A stretch of 60,824 nucleotides of DNA, counting the filler, from Hausera hauseri (taxonomy: Eukaryota): assembly GCA_046269625.1 (NCBI GenBank). It is 10 parts of 10 records of this genome, joined end to end, with 100 filler letters (N's around TTAATTAATTAA, not from the genome) between each part and the next. Parts side by side here need not be neighbours in the genome. Positions count along the whole stretch, not along the records: positions 49,950 to 54,443 come from JBJURY010555005.1; positions 54,544 to 60,824 come from JBJURY010117765.1; 8 more parts are not named here. The stretch is one strand, 5' to 3'. Under the pieces are notes generated by a model that saw nothing but the letters and a program-made list of their open reading frames with translations, searched no databases and was not told the DNA's origin. Positions 50,283 to 60,824 of the stretch are shown in pieces. The position numbers and the translations under genes are program-made. Numbering within the stretch: position 1 is the first letter of the stretch; each line of letters begins with the position of its first letter.

Positions 50283-51296
50283 CATCGATCGGCACGTGCA
50301 AAATCGATTTATCAATTACCCCCGCCCCCGTGGGTGGGATCGAACCACCATTTTCACACTATTTCCTACTAAGTCATCCACCAAAAAAAATTTTTCTTCC
50401 CCAGGGGGTCTTCGAGGTAGGAAATTTATATTGGAGCTGTGCGCTCCCTCCTACTAACAAGCTCTTAATTATTACAAAATTATGAGTACTTTGTTCTTTA
50501 CGGAAATTTCGTAACAATCTTATAGCACGTCGTCGCAAATGCACAAAAAACTTGCCGTCTTATTAATCATGCTAAAAATATTCAACGTTATACATCACGT
50601 TCGTTTGGTTTAGATCTGAAGATATTTTTCCCATTTTTATTAAGGATCCCCATGACCATCTTTGTCATGTACCTCTTCTAGCGCATAACACATAACATAG
50701 GGTATCATTCAGTGCGTCTTGATAAGTTCTATCAGTCTGTAATGATCTGGATCAAGGATGATGAAGATTCGTCGGGTTTTTAGGAACTTTCTGGCCCTGT
50801 CATATAGTTGCTATAAAATAAGATGTATTTTTTTAATTATAACATTCCATTATACTATGTTTTAGCCTACTTAACTGCAGTGACTTTTGGGTCACTCTGT
50901 ATACCGTTTATCACATGTAATAATAACTACATGAATCAATTGATCATTTATTACTGAAAATTGCAAATATAATTCACATTCGCTCTTATGCAAGGTGCCT
51001 TTGATCCATTATAATGACGAAAAAAAAAACCAATCAGCAATAAAGCAACGGCCCTTGTAAGTAAATTGTTGTTACATGTAAAATATTTTCTCGTTTACAA
51101 ATATAACACAATGGAACAAAGCCAATAGATTTATTTCCGATGAAAATAAAGTCATCTTAAAAAGCGAAAGTCCATAAATAAATGCAACATCAAACACGGA
51201 ATAAGAGAAAAAGCAACAGTTTCAAATCGTTCTTTCTCTCTCTGTCTCGCTGTCACACCACTTTATTTCCTAAGTTCGGCAATCGCTGACAGAATG

Positions 51297-52410
51297 CTAC
51301 GTTTCTGAAAAGGCCGTAAACACGAAATGAATGATGGATAAACAAACATAGTAGCTGGCAAGCACGGGCAGAGATATGACATGTCTACCGGAGGTCAGAA
51401 GCTTATTAAAGTTGGCAGACAGATTACTGGACAACAGATAATTGAGAGAATTCTGATTATTCAACTGCATTGAATGCAGATTAGCATTCCAATCAATAAC
51501 ACCACTGACGTTGTAGTCTGCGGCCAATCTCACAAAAATTACATGATTGATGTCAGTATTTCGGAAAGAAATCGACAAAAATATTCCACTACTCCAGTCA
51601 ACGAAATTAACGTCCTGGTGGATCCATTCATTTTCGCCATCAAGCTCAGGCAAAGGATCCAAACGGTGAATATCAAAGTCGGCAGACAGCTGCTGTATTT
51701 CCCCAACATAACCAACCGGACCAAAATTCATACCCGGCTCCAAGTCAACGCGGAATATGCCGGTTTGGTCCAACAACGACTCTACATGTTTCTCCAGCAA
51801 TTCCAGTCCCGGTACTTGTACGTCATCAATGAACGCAAACTCGTTCTGAAAACTGTCGTCAAGAAATTGTCAAAGAATACGATGACAACTTCATCTGGCG
51901 GTGTGACATGTTCGTTAGTGGACACCAGATGTTCAGATTCGCTGCGCAAGTAACACGGTAGTAAATACGTAAACTCAGCATTTCTCGTTTTCATCTAATG
52001 TCATCATCAAGCTTCGCAGAGAATCTGTCTTACTTGATGAAGGACAGCCTTTCGTGACCGTTCAACAATGTCCATCGGTGTATTCTGTATCTCAAAGATG
52101 ATATCACCGAGAGCCTGGTCAATATTAACTGGCCGTGTATTACTAGCAATTTCATCCGACGGAGGAGTCAATTTGTCAATCAAACCGTACTTAACACAGT
52201 GTTGGTTGGCAAATTCCAAATACTGAATCAGTTGGGGACAATGAGTTTGTTCATAATAATTGTTATACAGTAGACAACGGTTAATTCGTCACTATGGATG
52301 TTATCACTTTTAATAGTTGCCTTTGATTTGAACATGACGAATATTGGATAGTTCATATTTCGTCGCGTCATTCATCTCCGCAACAGAACTTCCCTTCGTT
52401 AATTCGTCAT
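51297..52410 (-). pseudogene. Disrupted unknown protein-coding sequence abutting the hAT insertion
   Basis: Consecutive minus-strand ORF pieces (52007-52219, 51782-51994, 51297-51800) with protein-like composition; no family recognised. Confidence 0.3.
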
Positions 52411-52702
52411 CATCTAGACCATGGATTCCCAAAGTGGGCGCTACCGCCCCCTGGTGGGCGCTGCAAGGATCCAGGGGGCGGTGGTGAATACAAGTTCATT
52501 TAGGGGCGATAACACGATAATACTATATTAAATATTTTGTAATAAAATAAGCCCTTTACAAATAATAATATGATGTTTATTGATTACGTCAGAATTTCAA
52601 TTAGCTTTTTACAAAAATGTCTGAAAATACCTCTATATATGATATATAGAGTTACTATACATAATATATAGAGTTATATAAATATAGTTATAGTCGTTTT
52701 TA

Positions 52703-53021
52703 CAGGGTGTCCTAAAAGTCAGGTCCCTATTGAAAAATTAATGTAGTTCATAACAAATATTATTTAAACAAAACGTCATATTGTATAATTTTTTATATTT
52801 TGATAAAAGTTAATTTACATTTAAATATTTTTTGAAAAAAAAGTTTATAGCTTCAACGTATTTTCACGGTTCACGAATAATAGTATTTTGGTTTTTATGT
52901 AAAACGACTATAACTATATTTATATAACTCTATATATTATATATAGTAACTTTAAAATGGCACACTAACGTGTGCATTCTTCATTTATATTAGAAATGGG
53001 AACTGATTTTTAGACACCTTG
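52703..53021. mobile_element. Tc1/mariner-type MITE nested in the hAT 5' region
   Basis: TA|CAGGGTGTCCTAAAAGTCAGGTCCC ... GGGAACTGATTTTTAGACACCTTG|TA (imperfect TIRs, TA duplication). Confidence 0.7.
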
Positions 53022-53051
53022 TATATAAATTTTATTTCTCCATACATAATA

Positions 53052-54443
53052 ATGACTCAAGCAAAGAAAAAGTGTCGGCAATATAATATGGATTATTTGA
53101 AATACGGATTTATCGAATCACCTGGAAATAATACATTACCAATGTGCCTTATTTGTCAAAAGGTTCTATCAAACGAAGCGATGAAGCCTTCGAGATTACA
53201 AGAACATTTGAATAAAATTCATGGCGATAAAAAGAATAAAGATTTATCTTTTTTTCAAACATTGAAAGATAAATTTATTAAACAACCGACATTGGCAAAA
53301 CTCTTTTCAAATTTTAGCAATTGAGATGACGATGGCTTGTTTGCTAGTTACAACATTTCATTAATGATAGCGAAATCGGGAAAACCACATACCATTGGCG
53401 AAGAACTAATAATACCAGCCATTAGTGAAGTAATACGTACCGTTCTGCATAAGCCAGTAAATGATATTATCAAGAAGATTTCTTTGAGTAATAACACAGT
53501 GCAAAGAAGAATTGATGAAATGGCGGAAAATGTTGAAAACTCATTGTGCGAATATTTAAAAACATCTAGGTTTTCTATTCAACTAGATGAGTCAACTTTG
53601 CCAGGTAATGAAGCTTTGCTTTTGACATACGTGCGATTCATAAAGGAAGAACAAATTTGTCAAGAGTTCTTATTTGCAAAATATTTGCAAACCGATACCA
53701 AAGGAACTTCAATAATCCATATAATGGACGAATTTTTTAAAGCAAAAGAAATACCTCTTAGTAATATTTTATCAGTGGCCACGGATGGTGCTCCAGCGAT
53801 GATTGGATGCTACAAAGGCTTTCTTGCATGTTTGAAAAAGGAGGTACCGAATGTATTCACAGTCCACTGTGTCATCCATCGTCAGCACCTAGTTGCCAAA
53901 AATTTAAGTGCTCGCCTACATAATTCATTACAATATGTAATTAAAGCTGTTAACACAATTCGGAGTAAATCATTGAATGACAGATTATTTAAACAGCTTT
54001 GTATTGAAAATGATGAAGAATTTAATCGTTTGCTGTTTCATACAGAAGTTCGATGGTTGTCAAAGGGAGTTTTTTTAGATAGGTTTTACAAATTATTTAA
54101 CTCGGTGCTGCAGTTCTTGGAAGATAAAGATGATGTATTGCGATCCAATTTAATTCAATCCAAAAGTGACATTGCTTACTTAACAGACTTATTCCAAAAA
54201 TTTAATGAAACCAATCTTCAACTTCAAGGTGATGAGGTGAATTTAATAAAAACAAAATCGGTTATATCTGCATTTGTTGCAAAACTACTTTTGTACAGGC
54301 AAAATCTTGGACGAGGAGATATCAGACAGTTTCCAAATTTAGCAAGAGCAGAAAGTAAAATTGAAGACATTCTATCCTATTGTGAGCACTTGGATGCTCT
54401 GCATTTAGATTTTAGTCAACGATTTGATGATATTTTGAAAATG
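53052..54443 (+). pseudogene. Buster-type hAT transposase (ZBED5/ZBED8/SCAND3-like) with one in-frame TGA at 53322
   Basis: BED finger CLIC..MKPSRL..HL...H, QLDES, ATDGAPAM, HCVIHRQHL, TEVRWLS. Confidence 0.93.
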
Positions 54444-54588
54444 NNNNNNNNNNNNNNNNNNNNNNNNNNNNNNNNNNNNNNNNNNNNTTAATTAATTAAN
54501 NNNNNNNNNNNNNNNNNNNNNNNNNNNNNNNNNNNNNNNNNNNGATTTTCCTGATTCCATATATATTGCTCAACAAAGTTTAATCGAC

Positions 54589-57500
54589 TCACCATTGGGC
54601 GTTAGACTTAGGCGTTAGGACAGCGATCAACGATAAGGCTACTATTATTTGTGCGTAAGACACCGGCCTGGTGACAATCGACGAGGTCTTGGCTTCTCGT
54701 TGTCTTAAATTGTAGCGTTTAGCTAGTCTTATATCTGTTTTAACCACTCTTTGAATTGATATGACTTCCTCCTTACCGTTTTTATTAACATAGACCGTGG
54801 TTGGCGTTGTACGGATGATTTCATATGGTCCTCTTCCGGTACGGGTTAGTTTTAAAGATGTACCTTTCTTCGCGACCGGGTAATGTATATAAACCCAGTT
54901 TCCGTTTTCAAGATCATTGGACTTAGTCTTTTTATCATGTTGTTTTTTAAATTGTTCCTGGCATTCGAACGATAATGTTTTCGCAACTTCCCAACATTTT
55001 TGCAATCTTGTCTGTAATACTTCGGCAAAGTTTTGCTCGAGATCCTCGAAGTTCTTTTCGTACGGTGTCATACCTAGATCTGTAGATACGATTGCTTCTC
55101 GTCCATATATCATAAAGAACGGTGTAAATCCCGCTGCTGGATGTGGTGTCGTATTGATTGCGAACTGTGTCCCTTCTAAAAATTCGTCCCAATTCTTTTG
55201 GTCTTTGGCCATTACTGTTGATAGTATACGAATGACTGTTGCGTTCATTCGTTCCACCATTTCATTACATTGGGGTGGTACGCGGTAGTGGTTAGTCGTT
55301 CGATTTCGAATATCTTAATAATTTTTTTAAATAATTCACTTGTGAAGTTCCTTCCTCTATCCGTTAAGATTTGTTCTGGTGGTCCGTATCTGCAGATAAT
55401 TTTCCTTACCACTGCGTCGGCTAAAGTTTCTGCCTTTTGATCTAATAATGCCACTAGCTCGACAAAATGCGTTAACCGATCCACGCATGTTAGAATATAT
55501 CTGTTATTTTTGTGAGTTTTCGGCAGGGGTCCCACTATATCCATAGACATAGCTTGCATGGGTCTATCTGGTACGTTTATGGGTTTAATTCTGCTACGTA
55601 GCCTTTCGTTTTCTTTTGCTTTGTCGCACAAACTTCGCAAGCACTTACCCAATTCTTTACATCGATATAAATGCTTGGCCAATAGTATTCATTTAATATC
55701 CTTTCCAATGTCTTCTTCCAAGGCATCTGTCCGGCTAAATATGAATCATGTTCGGCCATGAGTACTTTGATGCGTAATCCTTTCGGGACAACTATTAATC
55801 TTCTCCCTTTTTGTTCGTAATATATGGTATTATCTTGATTCGATGCACGATAGTTTTGTCCGTGTTTCCGTAGATGTTTCTTCAGCTGTCGTCCTTTGGG
55901 CATTTTTCCGTTTTGTGCGAACTTAACAATTTGCTAAATAACCTTATCTTTAGCTTGCTCTGCGGTGATCCTGATCGTTTTATCCAAGATTACAGTTCTT
56001 TAACGTTCAATTATCTGTTCAAGCTGCGTTTTGTTCCCTGTGGTAATCCCACTTGTTTTTGTCTTTAACCTTGATAGTGCGTCGGCGTCGACGTGTTTAG
56101 TACCTGGTTTGCATTGGAATTCAATGTTATATAGTGAGATTTCCTCGATCCAATGGTTTAATCTACATGTTGGGTTATTGGCTCCTCCTTTCAATGTCGT
56201 AACGGCTTTGTGGTCGGTCACTATTACAATTTTTTGTCCATAGACATAGACATTAAAATGTCGTAGTGCTTCATTTACGGCTAACGTCTCTAATTTGGTA
56301 ACCGAATAATTCTTTTCTGCTTTCTTTAACGAACGTCCTCCATAGGCTATTGGGTGTTCTAGTTCTTCACCTTCTCGTTTCTGAGCTAGTTCATGTCCTA
56401 TACGTTCTTTAATTGCATCTGTTTTAATGATGAATGGTAGGTTAAAATCAGGGTATCTTAAAACTTGTTCGCTTGTCAAAATTTTCTTCCTTTCGTCAAA
56501 TGCTTTTTGTTCCACTTCCGTCCATCTCCTCTTGGTTCCCTTTTTGAGTAGGCGATATAGTGGTGCGTTAATTTTCGAATTGTCTGGTACATAAGTGTCG
56601 TAATATTCACATAGTCTTAACCAATGTCTCAACTCTTTTTGATTCTGTGGTTGCATACAATCGGATATTTTATTTAGCAAGGATTTATCCGGTTTTGATC
56701 CTCCTTCGCCAACTATATGTCCGAGGCATGATACTGCGTTCTGTGCCCATTTATATTTCTGCGGATTTAGTTTCAACCCTGCTTGTTCCATTCGCATGAG
56801 TGTATCTTCAATGTTCTTTAAGTGTTCTTCCTCTGTTTTTGATGCTACCATTACGTCGTCTAAATATGCGAAAGCATGATCAAGTCCCATGAGAATCTTA
56901 TTCATCATTCTAGTAAAAATAGCTGTTCCTGTAGTTATGCCGAAAGGCATAACATTAAATTCGTATACGCCATCGTGTGTTTTAAACGCTCTCTTATATC
57001 GATCTTCTTCTTCGATTACCACTTGCCAGTATGACGATTGTAAGTCGAGAGTTGTAAACAATTTCGTTCCTGATAGTCTGTCTAAAGCTTCCTTTGCCGA
57101 TGGTATGGGAAACGAGTCTTTCATCATAAGCGTGTTTAATGCCCAATAGTCTATAGAACATCGATGTTTCGTGGTTCCTTTCTTTTTAACCATAAGTATA
57201 GGCGAATACCATGATAAGTAGCTTGGTCGAATTATATCGGCCTTTAACATTCGCTCTACCTCCTTAGTTATTTCTGGTCTCAATGAATGGGGAGGTGGGT
57301 ACCATTTCGGCATTTTCTGTTCTTCTAGATCGATTTCGTCATTCGAGCCGGGTTTTTTCCTTAATGGGATTGCTAGTCTCAGGGCTTTTGCTCTACCTAT
57401 GTCTACCTCATTTTGTACGATTATTGAACGGTATTTACATAGTAATTCGTAGAACTTGCAATGCGCCTAACGAGAAAATTTGGTTTTGACGTGAGGTGGA

Positions 57501-58200
57501 AATTCAGCGCATTTGTATGGTTTTTCCTCTATTCTTACTGCCGATACTCTGCAAGTGTGCCCTAATGTAGTGTTAGCGTGCAATCTTGCGGGGGTTGGTG
57601 CATTGTTCATTAATCTGATAGGTATGAGTCCTGTCGCTACTCTACATAGGATATTGCTAAACATAAGGTTTGGATCGATATTCTCTTGAGGTTCATAATA
57701 TACTGGATGATCTTCGTCTTGACGAATCTGTACGAAAATTATCATTTCGGTTCTGGCGGAATGTCTTTGTTTACTTGAATATATACTTCGCCGGGTTTTC
57801 TCTCCTTTATTATTTTTGTTCCCTTAGTTGGTCCAAGCTCAAGTAACTTCCCATTATGCACATCGATTGCAAAGTTTGGTATCTGTTTCAGTATATCTCA
57901 ACCCAATACTACATCGTCTGTTAACTGGTCCATTATCGCAAATTCATGTTGACGTGCTTGGCCCATAATATAAACGGTAGGAGTCCATTTAAATTTTGGT
58001 TTCGATATTTTCCCAAATGCTCCTATACTGCCAGGGTCTGATGATGACGCAGTGTGGTTGGTATGGATTCGTATTTTATAAACGACTTTTCTGATCCTAT
58101 GTCGACTAAGGCATATACTTCCCAGTCTTCAATGTGTAATTTAGCGAAAGGTCTTCCTTTTACTACTGTTCCAAAGCAATTCGACGCTATCTTTGACTGT
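54589..58200 (-). pseudogene. pol: pol: protease, RT, RNase H, integrase
   Basis: ALVDIGS, WYSPILMVKKK, YLDD, KTDA, TDHKA, ADALSR, AEHDS...CEVC, MDIVGPLP, LTDRGRNF, MVERMN, GPY. Confidence 0.95.
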
Positions 58201-58799
58201 TTTATAGTAGAGACTCGGTGTCCATTTATCGTTATTTCGGGTGATGAAACGATATTTTCCCCTAATTGTCTTAATTCTCCGATCGGGTATAAATTATTAT
58301 TCGCCATCTTATTGACACGACTGTCGATGTGCGGTTTTTGAGGCTGCGGACCTGGGATCGAACACAATTTTGGGTTCTTCCAGATGGTTGATTTTAATTC
58401 TATATGATGAAGTATTCTTTTTGAGTATAATATTCCGTGGTCGTTTGTTAGTCCTTGGTCAATAACGTTCATTTTCTGTAGTACTCCATATTGTTTCGTT
58501 CTTTCATAAGGGTCTTAATAATCAGTGGGCTTGCGGTAGATGTCGGACTTATATGACATGACTGATTTCCGGTCGCAGTCTTCGTATACTGGTGCAGTTG
58601 GTGGCATGATGGGCAATGGCGCGTTAATCACTGAGTACATCTTGTGCATCTTTAATTTGGAACTCGCTTCTCATCTTCTATGCTCGTCATTATCTGAATC
58701 ATCCTTTTGTGTTATTGTCTTCTTGTTTTTACGTCTGTACAGAATCGAGGGCCTCCCTCGTAGTTTGCGACTATAGTACCCGAAGTGGCGTTCTACGTC

Positions 58800-60595
58800 A
58801 TTTTTCCACCGATTTTCTTCGTAGGCCTTCCAAAGGGTGTGATAATTGCAGTCAAAATTTTGCAGGAAAATCTTGTTAATGTGAATATTTCATATCCGTT
58901 TATGACGGCTTGGATTACTGCTTTAATTAACTGGACCAAAACATAAATGGCTAGGAATCCAGATGTGGCTTGTCCGAAAATCAAAAATCTTCCCCAAATC
59001 TTATACAATATTTCTGAAGTTACTCTTTGATAGTGATTAGTGCTGAGTAACGATTCTCATTTTGCTTGAAAGCGGGTGTCGTTCATTACCATTAACATTG
59101 CCTAAAGGCTTCTATGTATTTTGGTCTATAAATTCCCTTGTTGGCCATGTCTTTGAACTTATCTTCTGATAATCCTTTGATCAAATTTGTTCCGGTTAGC
59201 TTACTAGGGGCTGCCGCAGCGCATCCATTCGGTAAACTTATACAGTTGGTTCCGCTACGTCGAAACATGGGTTCACCTAGGCTCGTTTTGCATTCCTTCA
59301 GTATCGTTGGTTGGGTTGAGATTGCCAGTAATACCCTGGTGAGTGGCATCGCTAATCTCGGCATATTCTCGTAGATGACCGCTAATTCTTGCATGCACCT
59401 TTTTTCTTCTACGTTGATCGGCACGTCTCTTTTTTTGCATTCATAAGTTAACAGGACTTCTCCGGTAACTCGTCCAAAGACACCCTGTTTCATTGGTATA
59501 ATGGGTGATGCCAGTTCTGGATTGGCATAAATTAAGGCCAGTTTGGTTGTCATGACTTCAGTATCTAATCTTCAGCCATTTGTTATCATTTTGTGGTATA
59601 GCTCTGCTATTCCGATCTGTCCTTTATAATGGAAATAGTCGTCTCGATTTTTGAGGTAATTTTCGATCCGCACATCTTGTGTTCTCAAATGATACGTTTT
59701 CATGTCAATTTCTGTTTCTGCTGCGAAAAATGCTTCGTAGTTGGTGGTATAGATCACTGGATCGCATCGTGTTAACATATCCTTTTTAATAAACTTTAAT
59801 CCATGTATGTCCCATATCAATATCGTTAGTGTGGGATGTTCTATTAAGTCTTCCGTTTTCTGGTATTAGTGTGTATTTTATTTGTATAACCTTTTCCGGT
59901 TTTCTCACTAAATTTTAACTCTTTGATTTTAATGAAATTGAAATCTCTTTTGGAGGGTGGACTCCATACAACAACTGAGTTTCGGAACATGCAAGCACCA
60001 TATTGAATGTGACATTTTTGGTTTTCTGTGAATAGTTTAGTAACACTATGAATCATCGCTTTTAGGTATCTTAACTCGGTTTCGTAAAAATTTACGACTA
60101 CTATTTCTCCTTCTTTTCCTTTTCCGGTATCATATTCTGCACCGACGCAGTAATCGGTGTGCATGTTTAGTTTTCCGACTGCCACTCTGTATGCTCTAAT
60201 TATCTTTCCCTTTTGGGCCTCTAATTCCATGCCATCCAAGATCATTTTACCGGTTAGTCGGGCTCCCAAACAATGTTGTCTATCCACGTTCATTGGTATT
60301 AATGGTGTAGTTGGTTTGATTATCGAGGAATACCCATGCATATTACCACAATAAAACAAGCTTTGAGATCTTTGTATTATGCATTTCGTCGCATCCATTG
60401 CCATTAATTCTCGTTGTTGATATAATATATTTTTTCTTTCTACTGTCTCGAGCTTGTGAGGCCTCGCATCTTAACATGTTTCTAAGTCCATCAAAGAATA
60501 TTTCTGACTCACCTTGAATTTGTCACAATCATATATAGTGATGGCTCCTATCTGCTTTACTAGCATCATTATTGTCAGCAAGTTAATTAACCACT
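58800..60595 (-). pseudogene. env: Chuvirus-like (gB-type, class III) fusion glycoprotein
   Basis: WLINLLTIMMLVKQIGA-ITIYDCDK...YSLMDLETC, LFYCG, GEVLLTYECKK...CMQELAVIY...PLTRVL, TM region WGRFLIFGQATSGFLAIYVLVQLIKAVIQAVINGY. Confidence 0.82.
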
Positions 60596-60824
60596 TAGAT
60601 TCGATTCCTTTGTTTGGAGTGATATTTCGTATTATGTCTTCTAACTTATTAGCCCCTTTTGTATTAGTCCATTTTATTTTTTTAGATACCCTTCTAGCAG
60701 CTTTTCTAGCTAACCCAATTTTCTTGTCGAATTCGCTCCCCCGAAGTGGTTAGTTCTTACTGCTAAATATATCAAGACTTTCCTTAATTCCTCCATCGTA
60801 TTGTCTACCATAATTCTATCGATC

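Larger units (their letters stand above)
52420..54443 (+). mobile_element. hAT DNA transposon, Buster/Charlie family (left end and most of the transposase)
   Basis: Target site ATCTAGAC (52412-52419, NTCTAGAN type) followed by TIR CATGGATTCCCAAAGTGG. Confidence 0.85.
54544..60824 (-). mobile_element. Second, divergent Ty3/gypsy element with glycoprotein upstream of PR-RT-RH-IN (both ends truncated)
   Basis: Co-oriented glycoprotein, protease, RT, RNase H and integrase. Confidence 0.9.

Noticed and set aside
51474-51953. Plus-strand 159-aa ORF
   Set aside because: No motif recognised; it overlaps the longer chain of minus-strand ORF pieces and is probably an antisense shadow

Overview
This window is not contiguous DNA. 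It is ten short eukaryotic (metazoan-like, AT-rich) contigs joined by 100-nt N spacers that carry a TTAATTAATTAA all-frame stop linker: 1-5515, 5616-12695, 12796-17521, 17622-22972, 23073-27480, 27581-32178, 32279-45641, 45742-49849, 49950-54443 and 54544-60824. Most of it is decayed mobile DNA: Ty3/gypsy LTR elements, Maverick/Polinton-type protein-primed PolB fragments, a hAT (Buster/Charlie) transposon, a mariner, an RTE LINE, tRNA-derived SINEs and a Penelope fragment. There are also a few host-type sequences: an eIF2B-epsilon-like ORF, a YTHDC2-like fragment, a double-RING gene, a large apolipophorin-like ORF and one Ig-domain exon. The main observation is a complex, envelope-bearing Ty3/gypsy lineage seen in two divergent copies (32279-45641 on +, 54544-60824 on -). 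In both, a chuvirus/gB-type (class III) fusion glycoprotein lies directly UPSTREAM of the protease instead of at the usual env position after integrase; in the longer copy this places it between gag and pol. P(S/T)AP late-domain-like motifs sit in the glycoprotein-protease linker, and a signal-peptide-like segment follows integrase. The longer copy also has a downstream FN3-like membrane protein and an ISG20/REX4-like exonuclease-fold gene. Other points: a ubiquitin-like domain ending LRGG placed in front of a gypsy Gag, a contig with an exact 77-nt terminal overlap (circular or tandem), and host-gene fragments behind an LTR/PBS. All family assignments come from recognising motifs by eye; no database search was run.
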